Shown: positions 29,786 through 39,576, counted from the stretch's first letter. The stretch: DNA of 64,000 nt from Nitrosopumilus sp. (GCA_965214775.1 OZ243974.1:64001-128000); one strand, 5' to 3'. Notes: generated by a model not told the origin, from the letters alone. Made by a program: numbers and translations.

Positions 29786-30400
29786 ATGTCATCAGAAACA
29801 GCTTCCGAAGAATTTAGAGCAAACATGTTAGCAGAGATCAAAAATATCATAACTGATCTTAGTCAATTAAAAGAAATGACCGTAGCAAGTACCGCAGCTG
29901 CAAGAAGGCCAGCAAGGAAGACTGCTGTAAAGAAAAAGGCTGTAAAGAAAAAGGCCGCAGCTGCAAGAAGGCCAGCAAGGAAGACTGCTGCAAAGAAAAA
30001 GGCTGTAAAGAAAAAGGCCGCAGCTGCAAGAAGGCCAGCAAGGAAGACTGCTGTAAAGAAAAAGGCTGTAAAGAAAAAGGCCGCAGCTGCAAGAAGGCCA
30101 GCAAGGAAGACTGCTGTAAAGAAAAAGGCTGTAAAGAAAAAGGCCGCAGCTGCAAGAAGGCCAGCAAGGAAGACTGCTGTAAAGAAAAAGGCCGCAGCTG
30201 CAAGAAGGCCAGCAAGGAAGACTGCTGCAAAGAAAAAGGCCGCAGCTGCAAGAAGGCCAGCAAGGAAGACTGCTGCAAAGAAAAAGGCCGCAGCTGCAAG
30301 AAGGCCAGCAAGGAAGACTGCTGCAAAGAAAAAGGCCGCAGCTGCAAGAAGGCCGGCCAGAAGAGCACCAAAAACAAAACGCACTTCCAGGCGACGTTAG
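29786..30400 (+). CDS. Histone H1-like Lys/Ala/Arg-rich repeat protein
   Basis: Short helical N-terminus followed by about nine AAARRPARKTA(V/A)KKK units. Confidence 0.85.
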   Translation: MSSETASEEFRANMLAEIKNIITDLSQLKEMTVASTAAARRPARKTAVKKKAVKKKAAAARRPARKTAAKKKAVKKKAAAARRPARKTAVKKKAVKKKAAAARRPARKTAVKKKAVKKKAAAARRPARKTAVKKKAAAARRPARKTAAKKKAAAARRPARKTAAKKKAAAARRPARKTAAKKKAAAARRPARRAPKTKRTSRRR

Positions 30401-30456
30401 ACACAAAAAAAGCCAAATTATTTAACGAATTTATGTCCAGATTGAATTGAGCATTC

Positions 30457-32040
30457 ATGAGCAAGCTGGATACCGGACTTTACAAAGCATGCAGTGAAAT
30501 TACTCAGAATTTGCTAACATTCTCAAAACCCAGCAGAAGGCAGGTAAAAGAAGAGATCAAAAAGATATGTGCAAAATACTCCCTAGAAAGAATTCCCAGA
30601 AACCACGAGATTTTATCAGTTGCAAAAGATTCAGACTTTGAACAGCTGCGCAAGGTATTGCTCAAAAAGCCTGCAAAAACCGCGTCAGGTGTTGCAGTAG
30701 TCGCATTAATGCCAAAACCATATGCGTGCCCGCATGGAAGATGCTCATATTGCCCCGGAGGAATTGAGTTTAACTCTCCAAACAGCTATACGGGAAACGA
30801 GCCATCTACAATAAACGCAATAGAAAACAAATACGATCCCAAATTACAAATCACGACAAAAATTGACAAGCTAGTTGCATTTGGCCATGACACATCAAAA
30901 ATGGAAATCGTCATTGTTGGTGGAACGTTTTTGTTTATGCCAAAAAGTTATCAAGAGAACTTTATCAAATCTTGCTATGACGCATTAAACGGAACAGGTT
31001 CAAGAACACTTCAAGAGGCAAAACAAAACAACGAGAGCGCTTCCATTAGAAATGTGGGGTTTACAATCGAGACCAAGCCGGACTATTGTAAAAAAAAGCA
31101 TGTTGACTGGATGCTAGATTATGGAATTACCCGAATTGAGATTGGAGTCCAGTCACTCCAAGAAAGAGTGTATGAAATTGTAAACAGAGGCCACAACTAC
31201 CAAGACGTGGTGGAATCATTTCAGATTTCAAAGGATGCAGGATACAAACTAGTGGCACATATGATGCCAGGGCTTCCCACGGTCACTCCCCAGGGCGACA
31301 TTGCAGATTTTAAGAAGCTGTTTTCTGATTCAGACCTCCGCCCAGACATGCTAAAGATCTATCCATCACTAGTAATTGAAAACACTCCGCTGTATGAAGA
31401 ATACAAACTTGGAAAGTACGTTCCGTATTCCAATGAAGACATGATCAAGGTTTTGACCCAGGTCAAAAAAGACATTCCAAAGTGGGTCAGAATCATGCGC
31501 GTTCAGCGTGAAATTTCCCCAAACGAAATCATTGCAGGACCCAAGGCAGGAAATCTCAGGCAAATTATACATCAAAATCTAGCAAAGCAGGGCCTGGCTT
31601 GCAAGTGCATCAGATGCAGAGAGGCAGGATTGGCCAAATCCAATCTAGAAGAAAAAGACATCAGGCTAACGCGAATCGGGTATGACTCATCAGGAGGAAA
31701 AGAGGTATTCCTGTCATTTGAGGATGACGATGAGTCAGTTTACGGGTTTTTGAGATTAAGAAAACCAGGCGCCGATGCACACAGAGATGAAGTCCAGGAC
31801 GCATGCATTGTAAGGGAGCTTCACGTTTATGGAAAGTCTCTGAGGATCGGAGAGAAGAACAAAGAGAATGAAATCCAACATTCAGGATTTGGCAAAAGAC
31901 TGATGAGCGAAGCTGAAAGGATTTCAAAAGAAGAGTTTGACGCAAAGAGGATTTTGGTGATTAGCGCAGTTGGAACAAGGAGATACTATCAGAAACTAGG
32001 GTATTTGTTATATGGGCCATACATGGCAAAGAAGTTGTAA
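30457..32040 (+). CDS. elp3: tRNA uridine(34) acetyltransferase Elp3 (radical SAM + GNAT)
   Basis: CPHGRCSYCPGG, IETKPD, LKIYPSLV, VRELHVYG, QHSGFG. Confidence 0.95.
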   Translation: MSKLDTGLYKACSEITQNLLTFSKPSRRQVKEEIKKICAKYSLERIPRNHEILSVAKDSDFEQLRKVLLKKPAKTASGVAVVALMPKPYACPHGRCSYCPGGIEFNSPNSYTGNEPSTINAIENKYDPKLQITTKIDKLVAFGHDTSKMEIVIVGGTFLFMPKSYQENFIKSCYDALNGTGSRTLQEAKQNNESASIRNVGFTIETKPDYCKKKHVDWMLDYGITRIEIGVQSLQERVYEIVNRGHNYQDVVESFQISKDAGYKLVAHMMPGLPTVTPQGDIADFKKLFSDSDLRPDMLKIYPSLVIENTPLYEEYKLGKYVPYSNEDMIKVLTQVKKDIPKWVRIMRVQREISPNEIIAGPKAGNLRQIIHQNLAKQGLACKCIRCREAGLAKSNLEEKDIRLTRIGYDSSGGKEVFLSFEDDDESVYGFLRLRKPGADAHRDEVQDACIVRELHVYGKSLRIGEKNKENEIQHSGFGKRLMSEAERISKEEFDAKRILVISAVGTRRYYQKLGYLLYGPYMAKKL

Positions 32041-32047
32041 GTCAGCA

Positions 32048-33637
32048 ATGTCTGGACAAAAAATTATTGGCAGGGGAACTTGGATTGACAAACTAGCACA
32101 CGAACTACTAGAACGAGAAAGATCCCTTGGCAGAAAGACAGATGTTTTGAGGGTTGAAAGCGGTCTTGGCGCATCAGGAATTCCACACATAGGAAGTTTG
32201 GGTGATGCAGTAAGAGCATACGGGGTCAAACTGGCACTAGAAGATGCAGGATACAGATCCGAACTTGTCGCATACTCTGACGATCTTGACGGATTGAGAA
32301 AAATTCCCAAAGGAATGAGGGATTTTGGATTAGAAGAACACATTGCAAAACCAGTCTCGCTAATTCCCGATCCATATGGGAAACATGACTCGTATGGCAT
32401 GCATATGAGCAGTATTCTCTTAGAAGGACTAGACAAGGTCGGGATAAAATACGAATTCATACGAGCCAAGGATGCCTACGAGCAGGGATTGCTCAAGGAT
32501 CAAATCCATACAATCTTGCAGAACAGCACAAGGATAGGAGACAAGATTGCAGAGCTGGTAGGACAGGGGAAATACCAAAAATATTTGCCATATTTTCCAG
32601 TGTGTGCAGGCTGTAGCCGCCTCTATACGGCAAAGGCAACCAAGTACATTGCCGATGAAAAGAAGGCAGAGTACATATGTCACGATGTAGAAATCGACGG
32701 AAAGACGATCAAGGGGTGCGGCCACAAAGGAGAGGCAGACATCACAAAAGATTTGGGAAAACTGGCCTGGAAAGTAGAGTTTGCTGCAAGATGGGCCGCA
32801 TTTGACATCAGATTTGAAGCTTATGGAAAGGACATTATGGATTCAGTCAAAGTAAATGATTGGGTATCTGACGAAATTTTGCAGTTCCCACATCCCCATC
32901 ACGTAAAATATGAGATGTTCCTAGACAAGGGCGGAAAAAAGATTTCAAAATCCTTGGGAAACGTCCTGACTGCCCAGAGATGGATGGAGTTTGGCAGTCC
33001 AGAATCGATTTTGTTACTGCTATACAAGAGAATTGCAGGCGCAAGGGAGCTTGGGTTAGAAGACATCCCATCACTGATGAGCGAATACAACGAACTAGAG
33101 GACATCTATTTTGGAAGAACCAAGGTGGACAATCCTGCAAGGCTGACAAAATCAAAAGGACTCTATGAATATGTCAATTTGCTGAATCCGCCAAAGCAGC
33201 CAAGCACACACGTCAACTATAGGTTGTTAGTGGAGTTATCAAAAATCTTCAAGGAGGACAGAAAAGACAGAGTCATGAAAAAACTGCTAGACTATGGAGT
33301 AATCAAAAATCCCGAACCAGAAATCGAGCAGTTAATAGAGATTGCCGGAAATTATGCCGATGAATTTGACGAACGAGAAAAAACACAGGTTGATTTGGAT
33401 GAGACTGCCAAAAAGGCGCTGAGAATCCTTGTTGAAAAGTTGGGCGGGGACGAGGAGCCTGAAGACATTCAGAATACAATCTATCAGATTGCAAAATCAA
33501 ACGACGTGCAGCCAAGAGACTTTTTCAGAATACTATATCAGATAGTTTTAGGAACGTCACGAGGGCCAAAGATCGGCCCGTTCATTGCAGATATCGGAAG
33601 AAAGCAAGTCGCAAGGACAATTTCAGAATACGTGTGA
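32048..33637 (+). CDS. lysS: Lysine--tRNA ligase, class I
   Basis: SGIPHIGS, KISKSLGN, GKLAWKVEF, GPKIG. Confidence 0.95.
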   Translation: MSGQKIIGRGTWIDKLAHELLERERSLGRKTDVLRVESGLGASGIPHIGSLGDAVRAYGVKLALEDAGYRSELVAYSDDLDGLRKIPKGMRDFGLEEHIAKPVSLIPDPYGKHDSYGMHMSSILLEGLDKVGIKYEFIRAKDAYEQGLLKDQIHTILQNSTRIGDKIAELVGQGKYQKYLPYFPVCAGCSRLYTAKATKYIADEKKAEYICHDVEIDGKTIKGCGHKGEADITKDLGKLAWKVEFAARWAAFDIRFEAYGKDIMDSVKVNDWVSDEILQFPHPHHVKYEMFLDKGGKKISKSLGNVLTAQRWMEFGSPESILLLLYKRIAGARELGLEDIPSLMSEYNELEDIYFGRTKVDNPARLTKSKGLYEYVNLLNPPKQPSTHVNYRLLVELSKIFKEDRKDRVMKKLLDYGVIKNPEPEIEQLIEIAGNYADEFDEREKTQVDLDETAKKALRILVEKLGGDEEPEDIQNTIYQIAKSNDVQPRDFFRILYQIVLGTSRGPKIGPFIADIGRKQVARTISEYV

Positions 33638-33843
33638 TCACCATGGCCCACAGCGAACACAACAGATCAAAAAACAGCGGGGGTTTTGCACTGATAATTT
33701 TTGGTGCGTTGCTGCTGTTCTTGGCTCCAAATATTTATCCAGGCATGCCTGAACTAGGAATAGCTGCCCTCACCGGAGGAATAATAATCGGAACGATTGG
33801 ATTTTATCTGAAATTCATCAAAGGAAGACCAAGAAGGGTATGA
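33634..33843 (+). CDS. Small two-TM membrane protein
   Basis: Two hydrophobic segments; overlaps the lysS stop. Confidence 0.6.
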   Translation: MITMAHSEHNRSKNSGGFALIIFGALLLFLAPNIYPGMPELGIAALTGGIIIGTIGFYLKFIKGRPRRV

Positions 33844-33849
33844 GAGAAG

Positions 33850-34668
33850 ATGGGATTTTTTGGAAAAAGGAAAAAAGACACACATGCCAAGGAGAAGGGT
33901 GTAAAAAAAGGAGGAGGTGCAACAGAGGAAAAGGAGGGAGAGGAGCAACAGCAATATGCTCAAAAAGAAGAGATGCTAGCATCACTAGAAAAACTGGAAT
34001 TTGAAGTCAAAGAACAAAATGCAGAAAAAGACAGGCTTTTAGAAAGGGTCAGGATTGTAAAAGAAGAGTATGATGCTACCATCAGCAATTTGATGACTGT
34101 AAAAAAAGAGCTAAACCAGAAAAAACTGGAATTGGATGTTGCACAAAGAGAGCACAAATCAATTTTAGAGAAAATCAGGGGACTGGACAGAATCAAAGAT
34201 GAGGAAAAGGAGGCCGAGTTTGTTAAAACAGAAGGCGAACTAGAAAAAATCAAAAGCGAGTTAGAAGAGATGACAAAAGAGTATGACGGGGTAAAAGAAG
34301 AACTTGCCAAAGGCAAGTCAGACCTCCACATGACTAGAAAACAGCAGATTGATGTTGAAAAAGAGCTTGAAGAGGCAAATTCAAGACTGTATAACGCAAA
34401 AGAAGAACTAGACAAAAAAGACGAATTTCAAGATACAAGCGTTCTAACGCCAGGAGAAAAAGAGTTCATTCAAGGCAAAACCGGAAAAGACAGCAATTCT
34501 GCAAGAGTCATCGAGGCTGCAAGCGCAGTCGTAGGTTCGCTAAAATCAAAACTAGGCACAGCTCAAAAGGAGCTTGATACGGTCCAGAATCTTTTAGAAA
34601 AAGAGAGGCAGGCACATGCAGAGACTAGAAGAGAACTAGACAGTCTAAAATCATCATCTGAATCATAA
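33850..34668 (+). CDS. Coiled-coil protein
   Basis: E/K/L-rich heptad pattern over ~230 aa. Confidence 0.75.
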   Translation: MGFFGKRKKDTHAKEKGVKKGGGATEEKEGEEQQQYAQKEEMLASLEKLEFEVKEQNAEKDRLLERVRIVKEEYDATISNLMTVKKELNQKKLELDVAQREHKSILEKIRGLDRIKDEEKEAEFVKTEGELEKIKSELEEMTKEYDGVKEELAKGKSDLHMTRKQQIDVEKELEEANSRLYNAKEELDKKDEFQDTSVLTPGEKEFIQGKTGKDSNSARVIEAASAVVGSLKSKLGTAQKELDTVQNLLEKERQAHAETRRELDSLKSSSES

Positions 34669-35115
34669 ACTCTCAAAATGCTTTTTCCATTTTGCTCTAA
34701 TCTCATCTTCAGACATCCCCAAATCATACAAGGGGGAAGTCACTTCAGATACCCTTGAGACGTCCACCAGAACAATAGAGCCGATTGGGCTCTTGATGCC
34801 TTTGTCTCTGTAAAACGACAAGATTTCGCCGTATTGCTCACCCCGGATAAGGATTCTAGCTTTGCCTGAAAAGAGATAGCCCCTTCTTGACAGAGGATCA
34901 ACAACGTTAATCTCCACGTTTGGATTTGATGCCAAGTTCTTCATGGTATCAGGAGAACGGATATCTGCAAATGCCAACGTCTTCTCATCCCATCCCACAA
35001 CAGTTCCTTTCGGGGACAAATTTGGAAGTCCATCCTCAGTTACCGTGGCAACATAGCCCAGCTTGTGCAAGTCCAGAAAGGACTTGATTTCAAAAGTGAT
35101 CATGGATAGGATCAT
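34663..35115 (-). CDS. Pyridoxamine 5'-phosphate oxidase-like flavin-binding protein
   Basis: YVATVTEDGLPNLSPKG...TMKNLASNPNV. Confidence 0.88.
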   Translation of the reverse strand: MILSMITFEIKSFLDLHKLGYVATVTEDGLPNLSPKGTVVGWDEKTLAFADIRSPDTMKNLASNPNVEINVVDPLSRRGYLFSGKARILIRGEQYGEILSFYRDKGIKSPIGSIVLVDVSRVSEVTSPLYDLGMSEDEIRAKWKKHFESL

Positions 35116-35152
35116 ATCATTGGAGAGATATAATTAATTTTCAACTCTGTCA

Positions 35153-35251
35153 TCATCTCATGACTTCGGCCATAAACTGCGAGAAGAAAAAGAACCCTAT
35201 TCCGCCGCCAATAATTGCCACCCAGGCGGCAATCTGTTTGATTTTAGACAT
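35153..35251 (-). CDS. Putative 32-aa membrane microprotein
   Basis: MSKIKQIAAWVAIIGGGIGFFFFSQFMAEVMR*. Confidence 0.5.
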   Translation of the reverse strand: MSKIKQIAAWVAIIGGGIGFFFFSQFMAEVMR

Positions 35252-35471
35252 TAAAGGAATTTTTTCGAACCCACTATTGAATCTAATTGGGCGGCCAGTA
35301 TTCCCAAAAGTTCCATGAAAAACGGTTCCACATTTAACACAATTCAGATTATGATGCCTGCAGATCCGCATGTCACCTACTGCACTGCCATGAGTCAGTT
35401 ACATCTGTGAAGACTGGCGGCAGTCCATACAGACAGTTATAATTAAACCAGAGCCAGACAGACAGCAAGTA

Positions 35472-35618
35472 ATGGCAAGCATCAAGGACGTAGGCAAGTT
35501 TTTTGTGTTTATTGTAGGCGGACTAGTGGCAGTCATTGTGGGCTCATTTATGATTCGTGGGACTATGCACATGTGGGACAAGCCAGAAGACAGTAAGGAA
35601 GAAGAAGGCAAGGACTAA
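35472..35618 (+). CDS. Putative 48-aa single-TM protein
   Basis: MASIKDVGKFFVFIVGGLVAVIVGSFMIRG...*; below the ORF-track cutoff. Confidence 0.55.
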   Translation: MASIKDVGKFFVFIVGGLVAVIVGSFMIRGTMHMWDKPEDSKEEEGKD

Positions 35619-35644
35619 AAACAAGGAGTTCAAATTGCTTGTAA

Positions 35645-35944
35645 GTGCTGCAAGACTCTACAATCAGAAAATCATTGGACCGATACATTTCACGAAGAAT
35701 TCAAGAGATTCCAACTGAGATCAGGCAAACTTTTCCAAACATCAAGCAAATTTGGAAATGTCAAAACGAGGTTGATTTTCTGTATGGATATTATGTTGGG
35801 AAGATAGAAGAAGGCGCACTGCATTACCTTCTCAAGGCAACAAGAGCATCGGCCGGAGGATATGTGGATACTTTTGAAATCAGGGGGATTATTGAAATGC
35901 ATAAATCCGAATTAGCCGATACGATTTCAGATTCGCTCAATTAG
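35645..35944 (+). CDS. Hypothetical protein
   Basis: 99-aa open frame with host-like codon usage. Confidence 0.65.
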   Translation: MLQDSTIRKSLDRYISRRIQEIPTEIRQTFPNIKQIWKCQNEVDFLYGYYVGKIEEGALHYLLKATRASAGGYVDTFEIRGIIEMHKSELADTISDSLN

Positions 35945-35978
35945 TGAGGTAAAAATAGCCCGACAGCTTTGAAAACAC

Positions 35979-36152
35979 ATGGTTGGACCACAGGACGGAG
36001 GGTTTGGATTTGATCAATCTAAAAAATATACCAGTGTTGAAAATTTAGACGAGATCTGTGTCCAGTGTCAGGCAGGACAGCACAGGAGATGTTTGAAGAA
36101 ATCCAAAGTACAAGACAATTGCGAATGCGAGCATTGTATGATTTACGGCTAG
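35979..36152 (+). CDS. 57-aa Cys/His-rich putative metal-binding protein
   Basis: CVQC...H..C...CECEHC; manual translation. Confidence 0.6.
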   Translation: MVGPQDGGFGFDQSKKYTSVENLDEICVQCQAGQHRRCLKKSKVQDNCECEHCMIYG

Positions 36153-36200
36153 ATAAAATATTGATCAAGTTTATTTAATATCGCAAAAACAAAATAACAC

Positions 36201-36317
36201 ATGTCAAGGCAGTGCAACTTTGAGTGTACGTATTGTGGTATGGAATTTGGCTCAAAAGTCATGGAGCTTGCATTACACATTGCAAGAGTCCATGATCCTC
36301 CCAGAAACAGAAATTAG
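36201..36317 (+). CDS. 38-aa C2H2 zinc-finger microprotein
   Basis: FECTYCGMEF...LALHIARVH. Confidence 0.6.
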   Translation: MSRQCNFECTYCGMEFGSKVMELALHIARVHDPPRNRN

Positions 36318-36326
36318 GAGATGCAG

Positions 36327-36409
36327 TATAGCAACGGGCAGAAGTCTTTGAGTCAAAGTAGGTCATATCTACACGTAAAAAACCTCAATTATTTCTGCTC
36401 GTTGCTATA
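36327..36409. mobile_element. MITE family D (TA target)
   Basis: TATAGCAACGGGCAGAA...TCTGCTCGTTGCTATA; near-identical copies at 43325, 50368 and 55301. Confidence 0.88.
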
Positions 36410-36727
36410 GGATCAGGAAAAACCTGTACAGTCTTGAGGCCCCTGACACGGGGCTGTATCCGGGCGTGGACTGATCCGTGTCGTGCCTTCCCTTGAGGAT
36501 GATATGCCCTGTGTGCTTACCAAAAATGGCGCAAACGCTACCTGGTTTTTCGATCTGTGCTGGCTACGCGAGAGGCCTAGCACAATACGATCCTATTTGA
36601 TTCATGTCAAGGTCTTCGGCTGTGGTGCGGCTCCCTGATAGACTTGGTAGATGCATGGGGTCACGTCCACCCGCCATCCTAGGATTCTACTTGGACACAA
36701 AATTCCAATCCAAAGAAGATCTGGGTT

Positions 36728-36883
36728 TCATGTCCCGAAGATTGTACAGAACCCCTGGCGCAGCGTGCGGGTGTATTTCTCGCGCGTCTCCTCTGCCTTG
36801 ATCCCCTGGTTGAACAGGGCAAGCGGGGCCGTCTGGCCCACCCTCTCAAAGTCCTCCATCGCAAGCTTCATCTCTGTTTCCAT
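36728..36883 (-). pseudogene. N-terminal remnant of a probable integrase next to the tRNA-Val 3' end
   Basis: MKLAMEDFERVGQTAPLALFNQGIKAEETREKYTRTLRQ resembles N-termini of thaumarchaeal tyrosine integrases (from memory, unverified); frame lost afterwards. Confidence 0.5.
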
Positions 36884-36917
36884 ATTCCTGGAACGCATAA
36901 AAGGTACAATATTGTAA

Positions 36918-37013
36918 TGGACCGGACGGGATTCGAACCCATGACCTTTGCGGGGATTTTTTTCCCTTACGCAGTGTGAGTGCGTCATCCAAACCAAACT
37001 AGACGACCGGTCC
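36918..37013 (-). tRNA. tRNA-Val(CAC) with a 21-nt intron at position 44/45 (36947-36967)
   Basis: Acceptor GGACCGG/CCGGTCC-A; anticodon arm ACGCA-CTCACAC-TGCGT; T arm ATGGG-TTCGAAT-CCCGT; bulge-helix-bulge around the intron. Confidence 0.92.
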
Positions 37014-37098
37014 AATAAATTTACAAAAAGACACGCTTTTTTATCTTTAGATTCTGTTATTACCTTGGCTTTTAGTACTGTGATGAAACACTCTTTTC

Positions 37099-37353
37099 AT
37101 GTCTTCTCCTCTTCAAGAATTTGACGCGCTAATTGATAAAATGAAATTGGCCTTTGAATATGCCGATAACCTTGGCCAGTATGATGTTGCAGCCAAAGTA
37201 CTCTACCAGATGAACGCACAACTGCCTGATGACTTGCAACTGTCCCTAGACGAACTGGAAGATCCAGAATCTGCAAAATCCTTTGTTATGAGACATCAAT
37301 CTGAGATAAAATTGGCCATTTCAGAATACAGGCAAAGGATGATGAATCTTTAA
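37099..37353 (+). CDS. Hypothetical helical protein
   Basis: 84-aa open frame. Confidence 0.65.
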   Translation: MSSPLQEFDALIDKMKLAFEYADNLGQYDVAAKVLYQMNAQLPDDLQLSLDELEDPESAKSFVMRHQSEIKLAISEYRQRMMNL

Positions 37354-37355
37354 TT

Positions 37356-37523
37356 CTATTTTTTTATGCCGAGATTTCTGTTCTTTAATCTCAGGAATGG
37401 GTTTCTGCATTTTCTGCATCTTGTAGCCCCGACATCATTTCTGGCACCACAGTTAAAGCAAATTTTCATTACCAGTCGAGCTTGCTGTGCGATTCTTTTC
37501 TTTTCTGGGTCTGTTATGGGCAT
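37356..37523 (-). CDS. rpl40e: 50S ribosomal protein L40e
   Basis: MPITDPEKKRIAQQARLVMKICFNCGARNDVGATRCRKCRNPFLRLK; missed by the ORF track. Confidence 0.92.
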   Translation of the reverse strand: MPITDPEKKRIAQQARLVMKICFNCGARNDVGATRCRKCRNPFLRLKNRNLGIKK

Positions 37524-37555
37524 GACAACCTTCTCCTCGGCTTCCCTCTTTTATT

Positions 37556-38473
37556 CTAACCGGATTTTTCCATCTTTCCTGCAAGCAAAACCGGCACTTC
37601 GGCTGGTCTTTTAGCAACAGGAATGTTTGCCTTGTTAAACATCGAGACTTTGGATTCGGCCGAACCATACGTTCCCATCACTATTGCCCCTGCATGGCCC
37701 ATTCTCTTTTCTTTAGGTGCGGCCCGTCCTGCAATGTATGCGACAGTCGGTTTGTCAAACCTGCTATCGATGATTCTCTTAGCTAGCATCTCTTCTGAAT
37801 CCCCCCCGATCTCTCCTACCACCACCATTCCGTCCAGATCTGGAATGTCTTTTATCATGTCAAATGCGTCAACTAGCCTTGTGCCGTTTACAGGATCACC
37901 GCCGATTCCAACTGTGATTGCTTGGCCAAATCCTGCACTGGTCAGAGCATCTGAAATCTCATAAAGCAGGGTTCCGCTCTTTGAGAGCACTGCAATTCTT
38001 CCTGCCTTAAATGGCGTTGCCGGCATGATTCCTACTTTGATCAGTTCCGGAATCATTATTCCTGGCGTGTTTGGACCGATGATTGCCGCCCCTTTCTCAT
38101 CTGCCAATGCAAGTGCCTTCATTGTGTCTCTGATTGGGACATGTTCTGGGATTGCAACTAGCAGTTTGATTCCTGCATCAAGGGCGTCTTTTGCAGCTAA
38201 CAGGAAGAATTTTGCCGGAACAAAAACAATTGAGATTTTTGCGCCCGTTGCATCAACTGCTTCCTGCATCGAATCATATATCGGAACAGAGTCTTCGAAC
38301 CTCTGCCCCCCCTTTCCCGGGGTTACACCGGCTACCACGTTTGTTCCGTATGCAATCATGTTTCTTGCATGCAGTGAGCCATATGCCCCTGTAATCCCTT
38401 GAACGATTACCCCTTTCTTCTCATAATCCGGGTCTTCTGGCCTTCCTTTTAGTATGCCAAAAATGTCAGTCAA
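37556..38473 (-). CDS. sucD: Succinyl-CoA synthetase alpha subunit
   Basis: VQGITG, GVTPGKGG, IGPNTPG, KRMGHAGA. Confidence 0.95.
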   Translation of the reverse strand: MTDIFGILKGRPEDPDYEKKGVIVQGITGAYGSLHARNMIAYGTNVVAGVTPGKGGQRFEDSVPIYDSMQEAVDATGAKISIVFVPAKFFLLAAKDALDAGIKLLVAIPEHVPIRDTMKALALADEKGAAIIGPNTPGIMIPELIKVGIMPATPFKAGRIAVLSKSGTLLYEISDALTSAGFGQAITVGIGGDPVNGTRLVDAFDMIKDIPDLDGMVVVGEIGGDSEEMLAKRIIDSRFDKPTVAYIAGRAAPKEKRMGHAGAIVMGTYGSAESKVSMFNKANIPVAKRPAEVPVLLAGKMEKSG

Positions 38474-39576
38474 CTCTTTACTCCCATCACTGCGGCATTA
38501 ATCGCCTCTTCTACAGAGTCGAAGATTTTGATCCTAGAGCCTTGCAGCATCTCTTTTGCCTTGTCTGACTCTGTTCCCTTTAGTCTTGAAAACACAGGCA
38601 GATCAATAACATTGTCCTCGTATGCCTTTAGAAACGCTTGGGCCACTACCGTGGTCTTTACAATCCCCCCGTAGAGGTTTACCAAAATTCCCCTTACCCT
38701 GTCTAGTTTGCTGATTAGTATCAGTGCTTCATAGACTGACTCGGTTGTTGCACCGCCGCCGACATCAAGAAAGCATGCTGGCTTGCCGCCATTGTCTGAC
38801 AACATGTCAAGCGTCGACATTACCAGGCCCGCACCGTTTCCAACCACTGCAATGTCTCCGTCCAGCTCCACTAATGAGAAGCCGCTTTTCTCTGCTTGCT
38901 CTTCAATTGCAGTCTTCTCTTGGTACTTTTGTAATTCGTCATGTCTAAAGTTGCTGTTATCATCAGTTACGAGTTTTCCATCCAATGCCATGACGGTTCC
39001 ATCCTGCGTTATTGCCAGCGGGTTAACCTCGACCAGCTCGGCCTCCTTTTCAATCGTTAGTTTTGATAGTTTCTTTAGGGTGTCGACAAACTGGTCTGCA
39101 ATGTCTCCTTCAAGCTCAATCTCCCTTGCAATCTCCCTTGCAACCTCGTCTGAGACATCCCCCAGGCCTACCTCCCTGATGATTTGATTTTTAACTGATT
39201 CGATTTCAACTCCGCCCTCATTAGAGGCAATGACTGTATAACATCTCTTTGAACGGTTCAGAAAGACAGACAGATACAGTTCCTTTTTGATGTCTGCCAT
39301 CTTCTCCAAAAGTATGGCCCTGGCCTTTTCGCCCCTTACTGTCAAATCCATGACATGTGGATACTTTATCTCAAATTCGTCCTCGTTTTGGCATTTTTGA
39401 ATGCCCCCTGCTTTTCCTCGGCCGCCTACCGGGACTTGGATTTTGATGACAAGTGGAAACCCCAGTTCTTTGGCGTGCTTTCTGCCGTCCTCGATATTAG
39501 TTGACGGCATGCCGTCAAGCAGGTTGATGCCATACTCTCTGAACAGTTCTTTGGCCTGAAACTCTAGTAACTGCAT
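38470..39576 (-). CDS. sucC: Succinyl-CoA synthetase beta subunit
   Basis: LLEFQAKELF, GGRGKAGG, NGAGLVM, FLDVGGGA. Confidence 0.95.
   Translation of the reverse strand: MQLLEFQAKELFREYGINLLDGMPSTNIEDGRKHAKELGFPLVIKIQVPVGGRGKAGGIQKCQNEDEFEIKYPHVMDLTVRGEKARAILLEKMADIKKELYLSVFLNRSKRCYTVIASNEGGVEIESVKNQIIREVGLGDVSDEVAREIAREIELEGDIADQFVDTLKKLSKLTIEKEAELVEVNPLAITQDGTVMALDGKLVTDDNSNFRHDELQKYQEKTAIEEQAEKSGFSLVELDGDIAVVGNGAGLVMSTLDMLSDNGGKPACFLDVGGGATTESVYEALILISKLDRVRGILVNLYGGIVKTTVVAQAFLKAYEDNVIDLPVFSRLKGTESDKAKEMLQGSRIKIFDSVEEAINAAVMGVKS

Noticed and set aside
29859-30464. Three long minus-strand ORFs
   Set aside because: Shadows of the H1-like tandem repeat.
36884-37015. 5' part of ORF 36728-37015
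   Set aside because: Overlaps the tRNA-Val gene.
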